Shown: positions 23,503 through 33,751, numbered from the stretch's first letter. The stretch: DNA of 64,000 bases from Planctomycetota bacterium (GCA_965223545.1 OZ245006.1:4608001-4672000), one strand, 5' to 3'. Numbers and translations are program-made. The notes: generated from the sequence alone by a model not told the origin.

Positions 23503-26500
23503 TCAGCGGCGCAGCAGCGTCTCGACACGTTGTCTCTCGTACGGCGTGAAGTCGCGGAAACACAGCACCTCCGCCAACGCCTCCAGCTCGTCGTCGTCGA
23601 TGGGCCAGATCCGAACCGCGCGATCGGAGCCCGCCGTCAACACGCCCTTGCCGTCGGGGGAGAACGCAGCCCAGGTCACGATGCCTCCGTGCGGCAGGTC
23701 GATGAACGGCCCGCCCTCACGGGTGAACACGCGGGCACGACCGTCCGCGCCGGCCGTCACGAACCGCCGACCGTCGGGGGAGAACGCCACGCACTCGATC
23801 CGGCTCTCGTGCGCTGCTTCTTGCCGTTCGATCGTCCCATCGGTCCGCAGCAGCCAGAACGAGCCGCCGACTCCAGCGGCCAGCAAGCGTTGTGGATCGA
23901 ACGGATCGACGTCGAGACCCAGCAGGTACTCCACGGAGTCCTCGGTGTCGAGTTGGCGATGGCTGCCAGCCTCGAGTCGACGGATCCCGTGCTTCTCTGC
24001 CAGGAACGACACTCCATCGGGACCCGTGGCGACGGCCGCACCCCCGGTGGTGAGAGGCACGGTCCACAGCACGCGTCCGTCCGCCGCGTAGCAGGTGACG
24101 CCGGCTGTGTAGTACGGCACGATGAGCTCACCGCTCGGGGAGAAACCGATCGCGTATGCCCGTCGGCCGGCTCCGTCGAGGACCGGTAGCTCGGCGAAGG
24201 GCTCGGGGTCTCCTGGCCGGCATCGGAAATGGCGCATCGGCGAGAGCGCGCCACAGGTTGCGAGGCGCACGCTGCCGTCCGGGAGCCGCTGCGGGGAGAC
24301 GGCGATGCGCAGGGCCCCGCCGGCTCCCCCGCGGAGTTCAGGGAGGGGTACCTCGCCGACGATCGCTCCGGTCTCGGTGTCCCAGAGGCTCAGGGTGTTC
24401 GGCGCGGCAGCGCAGACGACGTAGCGCTCGTCGATCCAGGCCGCGCACCACACGTACCGCTGGGCCGGGCGAAGCACCGGGAAACCGGGCACCATCGTCT
24501 TCCAGCGTCGCACCGTGTCGTGACCTGCGCTCAAGAGCTCTTGGCCGGATGCGGAGAAGGCGATGTGCGAGGGGGTTCCGCTGTGGCCGCGCAGGACCGA
24601 GCGAACTTCACCGTTGAGACCGAGGACGTGGATTGGTCCCTGGTGAAACGCCGCGACGAGGGATCCGTCGTCGGGCGCGAACGCACAGGACTCCGGGTTG
24701 CTCTCGCCGAGGTGGGACCACTCGGGGCGGGCTTGGTTCGTCGCCCATAGGCGGACTCTGCGATCGAGGGAGCCGACGAGCAATCGAGTGCCCTTGTCGT
24801 CCATCGCGAGACAAGTGATCGTGTGCGCTAGCTGCTTGGGCTCGGCGATCGACTCGAGTGACTCGGTGTCGAGGACCTCGATCGATCGGTCCAACAGCCC
24901 CAGCGCAAGCCGTCTTCCGTCGCGTGACAGCGCACTTCTCAAAACCTGTGTCGTGGCTCCTACGCCGCGCGAGAGCATGACGACCGCGGCGTCTGCACGG
25001 AGTTGTCTCTGAATGGCTCCGGTGGCGTCCTCGCGCGTCGCGTCGCGTCGTACCGGCGCGCGGGCAAGCAGCCTGGATCCCGAAGCCGCGTTCGTGACGA
25101 CGACCGATCCGTCGGTCGCCACCGACAGCAGCTTGTCGGCCTCGGCCAACACATACAGGGCGAGCACCTGGGCGCTATCGTCGTGCGCGGGAGCGCTCCA
25201 CAGCATTGTTCCGCTGGCCGAGACGGCATGGACACGCCCCGACGCATCTCCCCAGAAGAGCCGTCCCGCCAGATCGAAAACCGGGCGTGTGCGCATGCCA
25301 GCTTGCGCCTGTTGCGAAGCATCGTCGCCCGCAGCGTCTTCTCCTGGGAGCTTCGTCGGGAGGTCGAGCTGCTCGCCGGAGGCCGCCGAGTACAGACGTG
25401 GCCACTGCCCGGGGTTTCCCACAACGAACCGTGTGCCGTCCGGTGACCAGGTGGCGAAACGACCGTTCCCCCGGAGAACGCGACCCCAGGTACCCGCGGT
25501 CGACGTGAGCGACTCCGATGGCCCCCAGACGCCGCACAGCAGCGTGCCTTCGTCGGTCGGCGACGGTGCCGCCCACCAAGCAATGTCACCGGTCCGGACT
25601 TCGTCTGTCTGGTGCATCCGCTGCAAGGCAGCGACGAGGCGCGTACGCGTCGCGTAATTCCGAGCGCGGTCGAAAGCGTCCCTGGCCAGCAGCGCTCCGA
25701 ACACCGGATCGCCACCGGACAGCTCGTGCATCGCGCTGACCTCCAGCTGCGCGGCGATGTCCGCGGCCTCTCGCTCCACCGAGACCAGCCGCGCGAGCAA
25801 GGCGAGAAGAAGCAGGACCGCGGCGACCGACGTCGCGACGATGGGATGCCGGCGCGCCAACACAGCGCTGTGCCGCAGCGGCCCGGGAGCGCGGGCCGTG
25901 ACGTGCTGGCCGCGCGTAGCGCGCTCGAGATCGTCGGCCAGGGCTCCCGCGTCGGCGTAGCGCCGCGCTGGGACCTTCTCGAGGCACCGGTGCACGACCA
26001 GCGCCAGCGTGCGCGGGACCTCTGGGTTGTGCCGCCGCACCGGCGTCGGCTCGTCGCCGAGGATCCTGCGGTACAGGTTCTCGCGGTGTACGGCCTCGAA
26101 CGGGGGCCGCAGCGCCAGGCACTCGTACAAGGTGGCGCCGAGCGACCAAACGTCGGCACGCGGCGTGACCCGCGCGTCGCCGCGCACTTGCTCGGGGGGC
26201 ATGTAAGCCGGCGTGCCGAGGGCCGAGCCGGTGCGCGTCAGGCTGGCCGCGGCGTCGCTCCAGGCCAGGCCGAAGTCGAACAGCACCGGTGCGCCGCACT
26301 CGCGCAGCATCACGTTGGCGGGCTTGACATCGCGGTGCACAACGCCCTCGGCGTGCAGCCGCGCCAGGCCGCGCGCGATCTCCGCGACCCAGCGGGTCGC
26401 CGCGCGCCAATTCGGCGCGTCGGCAGCGACGTGGCGCCGCGCTCGCGCGAGCCGGTCGGTCAAAGTCTCGCCGGCCAGCAGCTCCATCGCCAGAAACGGC

Positions 26501-26949
26501 GTGCCGTCGACCGCGCCGATCTCGTGAACGCGGCACAGCGCCGCGTGCCGGTGACGCGCCAGCACCTCCGCCTCGTGGCGAAACCGCCGCTCGGCCGCGG
26601 CACTCTCGATCAGCTCGGGACGCAGCACCTTCAGGGCGACCGGCTCGTCCGTCCGGCGGTCCACGGCGCGGAACACCACGCCCATCGCTCCGGCCCCGAG
26701 GAGCTCGTCGAGGCCGTAGTTTCCGAACTGGCTGCCGCTCCGCAGCGCCACCGCAGGAGCGTCGTCCGGGGCAACGCCGAGCCGCTGCAAGTAGCGGAAC
26801 CGCTGCCGCAAACCCCGGGCCCGCTCCGGGTGCTCTCGACACACTCTGTTGAGCGCGCCGCTCCACTCGGCTTCGGGCGCCGACAGCACTCGGTCGAGGA
26901 GCCGGTCGAGTTCGTCCTCGAACGAAGGCGACGGTACGGCGTCCGGCAT
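23503..26949 (-). CDS. Ser/Thr protein kinase with C-terminal WD40 beta-propellers
   Basis: LGAGAMGVVF, VALK, HRDVKPAN, DFG, GTPAYMPPEQ, TM segment, WD40 repeats (AFSPDG..VTAGADG). Confidence 0.93.
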   Translation of the reverse strand: MPDAVPSPSFEDELDRLLDRVLSAPEAEWSGALNRVCREHPERARGLRQRFRYLQRLGVAPDDAPAVALRSGSQFGNYGLDELLGAGAMGVVFRAVDRRTDEPVALKVLRPELIESAAAERRFRHEAEVLARHRHAALCRVHEIGAVDGTPFLAMELLAGETLTDRLARARRHVAADAPNWRAATRWVAEIARGLARLHAEGVVHRDVKPANVMLRECGAPVLFDFGLAWSDAAASLTRTGSALGTPAYMPPEQVRGDARVTPRADVWSLGATLYECLALRPPFEAVHRENLYRRILGDEPTPVRRHNPEVPRTLALVVHRCLEKVPARRYADAGALADDLERATRGQHVTARAPGPLRHSAVLARRHPIVATSVAAVLLLLALLARLVSVEREAADIAAQLEVSAMHELSGGDPVFGALLARDAFDRARNYATRTRLVAALQRMHQTDEVRTGDIAWWAAPSPTDEGTLLCGVWGPSESLTSTAGTWGRVLRGNGRFATWSPDGTRFVVGNPGQWPRLYSAASGEQLDLPTKLPGEDAAGDDASQQAQAGMRTRPVFDLAGRLFWGDASGRVHAVSASGTMLWSAPAHDDSAQVLALYVLAEADKLLSVATDGSVVVTNAASGSRLLARAPVRRDATREDATGAIQRQLRADAAVVMLSRGVGATTQVLRSALSRDGRRLALGLLDRSIEVLDTESLESIAEPKQLAHTITCLAMDDKGTRLLVGSLDRRVRLWATNQARPEWSHLGESNPESCAFAPDDGSLVAAFHQGPIHVLGLNGEVRSVLRGHSGTPSHIAFSASGQELLSAGHDTVRRWKTMVPGFPVLRPAQRYVWCAAWIDERYVVCAAAPNTLSLWDTETGAIVGEVPLPELRGGAGGALRIAVSPQRLPDGSVRLATCGALSPMRHFRCRPGDPEPFAELPVLDGAGRRAYAIGFSPSGELIVPYYTAGVTCYAADGRVLWTVPLTTGGAAVATGPDGVSFLAEKHGIRRLEAGSHRQLDTEDSVEYLLGLDVDPFDPQRLLAAGVGGSFWLLRTDGTIERQEAAHESRIECVAFSPDGRRFVTAGADGRARVFTREGGPFIDLPHGGIVTWAAFSPDGKGVLTAGSDRAVRIWPIDDDELEALAEVLCFRDFTPYERQRVETLLRR

Positions 26950-26974
26950 GGGCACGAAGATAGGCGCTGGATCG

Positions 26975-28432
26975 TCAGAGGATGGTCACCCTCAGGCCCT
27001 CGGTGGCGTGCACGCCGGTGCCGGCGAGGTGGAGGGACTGCAGGAAGAGGGCGGCCCCCAGGGGGGCAGAAGCAGGGAGCGGGAAGCTCAGCACGCTGCG
27101 CCCGCTGCCTGGTTGCAACATCATGGGGAGGGACAGCAGAGCCGCGGGATTGAGCAGGAGGCTGACGCCGAGGCTCGGGATCGGGATCGGTTGCGCGGCC
27201 TTGGCCACGCCAGCGAAGCACACGCTCAGCGCTGGCGACGTCGCCGGCGCCGGCCACGCGACGTCGACGAAAAAGGCCGCGTTGCCCGCGCGCGGCAGGC
27301 GATCCGGGTGAGGGGAGGTGGACCAGCGGTAGGTGGGGCTCGGGCCCGAAGGCGTGCCACACCGCACGGGGGCAGGCGCCACAGCGATGCCGGACAACGG
27401 CCCGCGGGCCCCGCACAGAGTGAGGTTTGCCAGCGGCGTGATGGCGCCGGTCGCCTGCTCGAACCAGTGTACGCCACCCGTCGCCGTGCTGGCGAGCAGG
27501 CGGCTGCCCGCCAACGCCAGCGCGCCGGTCGTCGGCTCGACGGCGACTGCGCAGACGTTCGCCCAGGTCGTGCTCAGCGCCGTGGTGGCGAACGGTGGAT
27601 CCGGGTCGACGCGCAGGAGTGAGGGCAGTCCCGCTCCATTGAGCTGCACCGAACTCACGATCACGTTGCCGTCGGATTCGACCGCGAGATTCCGGCACGC
27701 GCCACTCATCCCTGGCAACATCGTGCTGACCTGCGCCGGGGCCTGAAGCGGGAAGCGGTACAGCGCACTGCTCGTTGGCGTTTCGACCCCGAGATAGGCC
27801 ATCCCCGATACACGGTCGTAGGCCACGGCTCGGACGGCACCGGTGGGGTTCCAGCCACCGAAACTCAGAGGCGTCACAGCGCCCGTGGTCAGGTTCGTGG
27901 TGAACACCTGGACCCACGTGGTCGGCCCGGTGCCAGCGGGCAGCCCTGCGAGGTTGTTGGCCGCCACCAGCACCACGTCGGGCTGGACGAACGCGAACTG
28001 CAAGATCGCGCCGCCCGGGTTGCGCGCCCTGCCCAGGGGGATCGTGCGCACGACAGTGCCGGCCGTCCCGGTGAGTGACACGACGTGGAGGCTGATCGGC
28101 TGTCTGGCCGGCGCGGTCGTTCCCACGACCAGGTGGCCGGTGGACGGATCGAGGACGATCCCCGAAGCGCCCAAGGACCCGGAGCCGCCGTAGCCGGCGC
28201 CGGTGAGGGCGGCCGGCAGGCCGGTGACGCAGAGCAGCGACCCCGGCCGGCGGGGGTGCGCGAGGTAGATGCCCCCATCGCCCGTGAACACAGACGCGGG
28301 CTGGCGCCATGAGCTGACCGCGTAGTACCCGTCCGGCACCTGCGACGAGGCAGGTGCCGCCAGGGCGGCGGCGGTCACGACGAGGGAGACGAGGCCTGCG
28401 TTGCGGAGGCTCGGGATCGACTGCGAGTTCAT
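26975..28432 (-). CDS. Secreted beta-propeller protein with shared C-terminal domain
   Basis: Signal peptide (AALAAPASSQ), repeats such as AVAYDRVSG / LAVESDG / VAVEPTTG, C-terminal LPRAGN...FLQ...TEGL. Confidence 0.75.
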   Translation of the reverse strand: MNSQSIPSLRNAGLVSLVVTAAALAAPASSQVPDGYYAVSSWRQPASVFTGDGGIYLAHPRRPGSLLCVTGLPAALTGAGYGGSGSLGASGIVLDPSTGHLVVGTTAPARQPISLHVVSLTGTAGTVVRTIPLGRARNPGGAILQFAFVQPDVVLVAANNLAGLPAGTGPTTWVQVFTTNLTTGAVTPLSFGGWNPTGAVRAVAYDRVSGMAYLGVETPTSSALYRFPLQAPAQVSTMLPGMSGACRNLAVESDGNVIVSSVQLNGAGLPSLLRVDPDPPFATTALSTTWANVCAVAVEPTTGALALAGSRLLASTATGGVHWFEQATGAITPLANLTLCGARGPLSGIAVAPAPVRCGTPSGPSPTYRWSTSPHPDRLPRAGNAAFFVDVAWPAPATSPALSVCFAGVAKAAQPIPIPSLGVSLLLNPAALLSLPMMLQPGSGRSVLSFPLPASAPLGAALFLQSLHLAGTGVHATEGLRVTIL

Positions 28433-28535
28433 GTCGTCTTCCAGTTGAGAGAAGCGTTCCCCGTCTCGGACGGATTCCTCGCGGGCGGCGTAACGGCGCG
28501 CGATCGAGAAACCCGGATGCTGACGGCTACCTGGG

Positions 28536-29168
28536 TCAGGGCCGGCCAACGCCACCCTGATCGATCCGCTCGAGCTCGCGGGCCAGGTTGACCATCCCGC
28601 GCCGCAGCAGCATGCGGGACGCGGGCTCGGTACGACCAAGCGCTGCCGCAATCTCGCTGTGCGGCATGCCGAGGAGCCGCGCCATCGTGACCGCCTGCCT
28701 CTGGTCCTCGGGGAGCCTTTCGAGCGCGCGCTCGAGGATGCGCGCGTCCTCGGCGCGCATCGCTTGGGCGCTGGGCGTCGACAGCGCGCGGACGGCGGCC
28801 GCGAGGTCGAAGTCGCCCGCGACCGATGGCGATACGCCAGCCTCGCGGTGCACATCGCGCTTGCCGGCGCGGTGGTGCCGCTGCTTGTCGATGATCTTGT
28901 TGAGCGCTGCCCGCCGCAGCCACGCGCGGAAGCCAGCGCGGTCAGCGAAACTCTCGCGCCCGAGCTCGGGCAGCAGGTCCGCGGCCACGGACTGCGTGAC
29001 GTCGCTGACCGACTCGCGAGCCAGAACGTCACGGCCGACATTGAGGCGTACGAACACCGACAGCTCGGGCAGGTGAGCGGCGAGCAGCGTGCGCAGCGCG
29101 GCAACGTCGCCTTCCTGCGCGCGTCGGGCGAGGTCTTCGGGCCAGGGGACCGCCGGATCCTCCGTCAT
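28536..29168 (-). CDS. ECF sigma-70 factor, planctomycete kinase-associated type
   Basis: RAQEGDVAAL, ESVSDVTQSV, FRAWLRRAALNKI, KRDVHRE, STPS linker motif, region 4 LERLPEDQRQAV...HSEIA. Confidence 0.9.
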   Translation of the reverse strand: MTEDPAVPWPEDLARRAQEGDVAALRTLLAAHLPELSVFVRLNVGRDVLARESVSDVTQSVAADLLPELGRESFADRAGFRAWLRRAALNKIIDKQRHHRAGKRDVHREAGVSPSVAGDFDLAAAVRALSTPSAQAMRAEDARILERALERLPEDQRQAVTMARLLGMPHSEIAAALGRTEPASRMLLRRGMVNLARELERIDQGGVGRP

Positions 29169-29235
29169 GCCCCGCCAAGCATAGCACCGGCTTCGCGCAT
29201 TGCGCCGTGACGCCATCCGAGTGAAGCAGCAGATC

Positions 29236-29267
29236 TGACCTCCCCCGTTGAGTTGACACGGGGGGTC
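29236..29267 (+). mobile_element. Possible orphan IS3-family terminal inverted repeat / hairpin
   Basis: TGACCTCCCCCGTTGAGTTGACAC resembles TGACCT(G)CCCC-type IS3-family ends; also self-complementary; no transposase follows. Confidence 0.35.
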
Positions 29268-29393
29268 TCGCGGGACCCGGAGCAGACGAATGACAACGTA
29301 GACTCGCGGCAAAGCAGACGGCGATCGCGGTGAAACGGGCGAGTTTCCGAGCTGCGCGCAGACCCGATGCGCGCGGCGAGCGCGATCGCAGCA

Positions 29394-29637
29394 TCAGTCA
29401 CTGGAACTGGAGTTCCGGATCGGCGGGCTGCGAGCGGCCGCGATGAGCGGCGGCTCCACGGGCAGGCCGACGTGGCGCAAGATGCGGTCGAGGGCCACGG
29501 GGTCCGTGAGGAGGTCGAGGACCTGCGCGGTCCGCTGCAGTGCGGGCACAGCAGGACGTCCACCTTGAAGATCCGCAGCATGAGCTCGGCCCACGAGTAC
29601 CGCCGCTGCCCACGACGGCGTGGCGGCGGCTCAACAC
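29394..29637 (-). pseudogene. IS91-like transposase C-terminal remnant (frameshifted)
   Basis: SWAELMLRIFKVDVLLCPHCSGP, then in a shifted frame LTDPVALDRILRHVGLPVEPPLIAAARSPP; typical IS91-like C-terminus. Confidence 0.75.
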
Positions 29638-29832
29638 CTGGAAGGAAGCCGCCGACCTGATCACCAACGGCGTCGATGGCGCGCCAAGACGGTGACCTAC
29701 TATTCGCCCGCCTGATGGACGGCGCCACCCAGGTCAAGTGCAGCGAGTTTGGCGAGGCGGTGATCGCCCACATGTAGCGGCGCGCGGCCGGGCCGCCCTA
29801 TACTCCGCGGCTCGATGTCCGACAATGCAAGC
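29638..29832 (+). repeat. Right copy of the direct repeat: decayed icd 3' end (icdC-like stub) running into the SDR start; attR-like
   Basis: Matches 17581-17790, with 7-nt and 1-nt deletions in the icd part and a 7-nt shorter intergenic stretch. Confidence 0.93.
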
Positions 29833-30594
29833 GTGCGTCCGTCCTTCTCGCTGGCTGGTCGGGTGGCTTTGGTCACCGGCAACAGCACGGGGCTCGGGCG
29901 CGAGATGGGGTTGGTGCTCGGCCGGGCCGGCGCCAAGGTGCCGGTCAACTACCACAACAACACCGCGCGCGCCGAGGCCGCGTACGAGGAGTACCGGGCA
30001 GCCGGCATCGAGACGGTGCTGGTGCGTGCCGACGTGACGACGGAAGAGGGCGTGGAGGCGTTGTACGCCGAGACCGAGCGCGCTTTGGGCAAGGTCGACG
30101 TGGTGGTGCCCAACGCCACCTGCGAGCAGCCGCTCAAGCCGATCGAGGAGTACGACTGGGCGTTCTACCAGCGCATGCTCGACTTCTTCGTCAAGAGTCC
30201 GTTCTTGTTGACGCGGCGGGCGCTGCCGCACTTGAAGCAGCAGGGGTGGGGGCGCATCGTCAACATCGTCAGCGAGGTCTACCACCGCAGCGTGGCGCCG
30301 TTCAGCGCCTACGTCGCGGCCAAGGGCGGGCAGATCGGCTGGTCGCGCAGCATGGCGAGCGAGCTGGCGCCGTTCGGCATCACCGTCAACATGGTGGCGC
30401 CGGGGTGGATCCCGGTGGAGCGCCACGAGAGTGACCCGCAGGAGATGAAGGACGAGTACCGCGCGTTGATTCCGATGGGTCGGTGGGGAGTGCCCAGAGA
30501 CGTCGCCGACGCGGTGCTCTACCTGGCGAGCGACGAGGCCGGGTTCGTCACCGGGCAAACGATCTGCGTCAACGGCGGAATGACGCCGTGGTGA
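29815..30594 (+). CDS. Short-chain dehydrogenase/reductase (FabG-like)
   Basis: VALVTGNSTGLG, YVAAK (YxxxK), VNMVAPG, FVTGQTICVNGG. Confidence 0.93.
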   Translation: MSDNASVRPSFSLAGRVALVTGNSTGLGREMGLVLGRAGAKVPVNYHNNTARAEAAYEEYRAAGIETVLVRADVTTEEGVEALYAETERALGKVDVVVPNATCEQPLKPIEEYDWAFYQRMLDFFVKSPFLLTRRALPHLKQQGWGRIVNIVSEVYHRSVAPFSAYVAAKGGQIGWSRSMASELAPFGITVNMVAPGWIPVERHESDPQEMKDEYRALIPMGRWGVPRDVADAVLYLASDEAGFVTGQTICVNGGMTPW

Positions 30595-32132
30595 GTTTGG
30601 ACGGCGATCGCACGGGCCCGTTTCGACGAATCCTGGTGGCCAACCGCGGCGAGATCGCGGTGCGCGTCGCGCGTGGTTTGCGCGAGCTGGGGATCGAGCC
30701 GGTCGGGGTCTACAGCGAGGTCGACGAGCGCGCCACGCACGTCGCGGCGATGTCGCGCGCGGTCGCGCTGGGCGGCACGGCGGCCGCCGACTCCTACCTG
30801 TCGATCGACAAGGTCGTCGCCGCGGCGCGCGACCAGGGCTGCGATGGCGTCCACCCCGGCTACGGCTTCTTGTCCGAGAACGCCGCGTTCGCGCGGGCGG
30901 TCGCGGAGGCGGGGCTGGTGTTTCTCGGGCCGAGCCCGGCGGCGATGGAGCAGCTGGGGCAAAAGCGCGGCGCGCGTGAGCTCGCCGAAGCCGCCGGCGT
31001 TCCCGTCGTGCCCGGCTATCACGACGATACCGGCGACGACGCCGCGCTCTGCGCCGCCGCCGGTCGCGTCGGCTTTCCACTGATGCTCAAGGCCTCGGCC
31101 GGCGGCGGTGGCAAGGGAATGCGATTGGTCGACGACCCCGGCGCGTTGCCCGACGCGTTGGCCGCCGCGCGGCGCGAGGCCAAAGCGGCGTTCGGCGACG
31201 ACCGCATGCTGCTCGAGCGGCGCGTGTTCCCCGCCCGCCACGTCGAGATCCAGATCGTCGGTGACCAACACGGCGACGTCGTCTCCCTGCACGAGCGCGA
31301 GTGCTCGGTGCAGCGCCGCCACCAGAAGGTGTTGGAGGAGTCGCCGTCGCCGGCGGTCTCGGCCGAGCTGCGGCAGCGCATGGGGGAGGCCGCGGTGGCG
31401 CTCGCCAAGCACGTCGGCTACGCCAACGCCGGCACCGTCGAGTTCTTGCTGGACGAGGCGGGCGAGTTCTACTTCCTCGAGGTCAACACGCGGCTGCAAG
31501 TCGAGCATCCGGTGACCGAGATGGTGACCGGGTTGGATCTCGTGCACTTGCAAGTCGCGGTCGCCGCCGGGGCGCGGTTGACGGATCTGGTCGGTGGCCG
31601 AGACACCACGCCGCGTGGCCACGCGATCGAAGCGCGGATCTACGCCGAGAACCCGGAAGCCGGCTACCTGCCCGCCGCGGGCCGGCTGGCGCGCGTGCTC
31701 GAGCCGAGCGGGCCGGGCGTGCGCGTCGACTCGGGGGTCCATTCAGGCGTCGAGGTCTCGCCCCACTACGATCCGATGCTCGCCAAGCTGATCGTGCACG
31801 CGCCCGATCGGCCCTCGGCGTGCCGCCGGCTGCTGCACGCGCTCGGCGAAACGGTGTACCTCGGCATTCCCACCAACGTCGACTTCTTGGCGCGGGTCGT
31901 GCGGCACGAGGCGTTCGCGCGGGGCGCGCTGCGCACCGACATGCTCGACCTGCATCCCGAGTTGGCAAAGCCCCCGGAGTCGATGCCGCCGGACATCGCC
32001 TTCATCGCCGCCGCGCTCTGCCGGTCGTTGCCGGGAGCGGCGGGCGAGGGGCAGGCGGCAGGCGCCGCGGCCGCGGCGCAGCACGATCCATGGCAGGCCA
32101 TGGGGCCAGTGCGTTTGTGGAGCGCGTCATGA
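30591..32132 (+). CDS. Acyl-CoA carboxylase biotin carboxylase subunit
   Basis: ILVANRGEIA, HPGYGFLSEN, GGGGKGMR, RECSVQRRHQK, EVNTRLQVEHPVTE. Confidence 0.95.
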   Translation: MSLDGDRTGPFRRILVANRGEIAVRVARGLRELGIEPVGVYSEVDERATHVAAMSRAVALGGTAAADSYLSIDKVVAAARDQGCDGVHPGYGFLSENAAFARAVAEAGLVFLGPSPAAMEQLGQKRGARELAEAAGVPVVPGYHDDTGDDAALCAAAGRVGFPLMLKASAGGGGKGMRLVDDPGALPDALAAARREAKAAFGDDRMLLERRVFPARHVEIQIVGDQHGDVVSLHERECSVQRRHQKVLEESPSPAVSAELRQRMGEAAVALAKHVGYANAGTVEFLLDEAGEFYFLEVNTRLQVEHPVTEMVTGLDLVHLQVAVAAGARLTDLVGGRDTTPRGHAIEARIYAENPEAGYLPAAGRLARVLEPSGPGVRVDSGVHSGVEVSPHYDPMLAKLIVHAPDRPSACRRLLHALGETVYLGIPTNVDFLARVVRHEAFARGALRTDMLDLHPELAKPPESMPPDIAFIAAALCRSLPGAAGEGQAAGAAAAAQHDPWQAMGPVRLWSAS

Positions 32133-32632
32133 GCGGGTCGTACGAGTACTTGCGCGGCGACGAGGTCGTGCGCGTCGGTGTGCGCCACGACGGAGGGGCC
32201 GGCTACGTCGTGCAGGTGGGCGACCAAGCCCTGCCGGTGACGGCGTCGCGTCTGCCCGACGGCCGGGTCGCGTTCGAGCTCGCCGGAGCCCGTTACACCG
32301 CGGATGCGGCGGGAATCGGCCGCGCGACCCAGGTCCGCGTGTGTGGACCCGCGGCGCAGACGTACACACTGCCGCGCTACGAAGGCCAAGCCACCGAGTC
32401 CGCCGGCAGCGGGGCGGTCGAAGCCCCGATGACCGGCACCGTCCTGGCCGTAGAGGTCGGCATCGGCGACGTCGTCGAAGCCGACCAGACGCTGCTGGTG
32501 CTCTCGGCCATGAAGATGGAGCACAAGCTGCGCGCCGGCATCGCGGGCGTCGTGCGCGAGCTGGCTGTCGAAGCGGGCGAGACGGTCGAGCAGGGCGTGC
32601 TCCTGGCGCGCGTCGAGCCCGAAGCGAAATGA
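32129..32632 (+). CDS. Biotin carboxyl carrier protein (BT + BCCP domain)
   Basis: APMTG, LSAMKMEH biotinylation motif; ATGA overlap with the BC gene. Confidence 0.92.
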   Translation: MSGSYEYLRGDEVVRVGVRHDGGAGYVVQVGDQALPVTASRLPDGRVAFELAGARYTADAAGIGRATQVRVCGPAAQTYTLPRYEGQATESAGSGAVEAPMTGTVLAVEVGIGDVVEADQTLLVLSAMKMEHKLRAGIAGVVRELAVEAGETVEQGVLLARVEPEAK

Positions 32633-32654
32633 GTGGCGCTCTCGCTGAGGCGCG

Positions 32655-33707
32655 TCACCGGCGCTTGCCCTTGACTGGGCAGTACGCGCCTCCGCGACAG
32701 TAGGTCTCCTGGAGCTCGGGCAAGAACCCCTCCAAGTCGTTGGCCATCACCTGCAGCACGACGATGTCCGGTTCCAAGTAGCGCCCGCGTTCTTCGAAGT
32801 ACGAGGTCTGATCGCAGATCGTGTAGCCCGCGACACCCGCGTTGATCGCTTCGATCTCCGGGTTGGCCTGTTCGAGCAGTTGGGGATAGCAGTGTGGGTT
32901 GTGGACGGCGTGGCCGAACGTGTAGGAGTCGCCGACGCAGAGCACGCGGACACGAGTCTTTGGAAACGCGACGTCGGTCTTTCGTAGCAGTCCCTGCGAG
33001 TTGGTGATCAGGCGGCAGGGGAGGGGAGCCGCCATCCAGAAAATCTCGTTCTGGTCCGGGCGCAGATCGCCCAAGAGGGCGGCGCGCTGTTCGAACGTCA
33101 CGCTCGACCGGTGGTCGAGCAGTGGCTCCAACTTCTCTCGCAGCGCGCGCGCCAAGATCGCGTTCCCGAAACGCGACAGGTGCCCATCCTCGGGCATGAG
33201 GTAAACCAGATCGAGCGGCAACGGTCGGAAGGTCTCGGTCAAGTCGAGCAACGGGACACCGTGCTTGCTTGTCAGCTCGGTGAACATCTCGATCGCCAAC
33301 GCGTCGACGTAGCTCGGCGGTGGCACGTATACGACGATGACGCGAGCGTCGGCTCCGCGGCAGACCTCGATGAACCGGTCGAAGATCGGCTCGTACTGCA
33401 CTACCAGCCCCTGCCGGCTACCGTCGCGTTCGGCGAGCGCGACGCGTTCGCGCAACTCGAGAGCTGCCTCTTGGATGCGCTCCTTCTGCCAAGAATCCGC
33501 GATACTCCGGAACGCGCGGGTCACGGCGAACGTCTCTTCTCCGTCGACCTGGAAGAAGTAGCAGCGGGCCGCGACCTCGAGAATGGCGCCGGTGATCAGC
33601 AGCGGCACGCAAGCGAACACGATCTTCTTGGCCAAGCTGGTCGTCGTCGTGCTGCGCGCTGCGCTGGCTCGCGCACTGGGCTGACCGGCGTCACCGAATC
33701 GTTCCAT
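32655..33707 (-). CDS. SGNH/GDSL hydrolase, circularly permuted, membrane anchored
   Basis: N-terminal TM; DGH block precedes the GDS, NAGVAG and ANDL blocks. Confidence 0.8.
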   Translation of the reverse strand: MERFGDAGQPSARASAARSTTTTSLAKKIVFACVPLLITGAILEVAARCYFFQVDGEETFAVTRAFRSIADSWQKERIQEAALELRERVALAERDGSRQGLVVQYEPIFDRFIEVCRGADARVIVVYVPPPSYVDALAIEMFTELTSKHGVPLLDLTETFRPLPLDLVYLMPEDGHLSRFGNAILARALREKLEPLLDHRSSVTFEQRAALLGDLRPDQNEIFWMAAPLPCRLITNSQGLLRKTDVAFPKTRVRVLCVGDSYTFGHAVHNPHCYPQLLEQANPEIEAINAGVAGYTICDQTSYFEERGRYLEPDIVVLQVMANDLEGFLPELQETYCRGGAYCPVKGKRR

Positions 33708-33717
33708 CGCAATGAAC

Positions 33718-33745
33718 GTACGGAGTCAGGCTCGATTTTCTCGCT
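33718..33745 (+). repeat. 28 bp palindromic intergenic repeat, copy 1
   Basis: GTACGGAGTCAGGCTCGATTTTCTCGCT. Confidence 0.85.
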
Positions 33746-33751
33746 TCCCGC

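Larger units (their letters stand above)
17791..29637. mobile_element. Decayed genomic island inserted at the icd/SDR junction
   Basis: Flanked by the direct repeat; contains a TIR gene, pseudogenes and transposase relics; no integrase seen. Confidence 0.75.
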
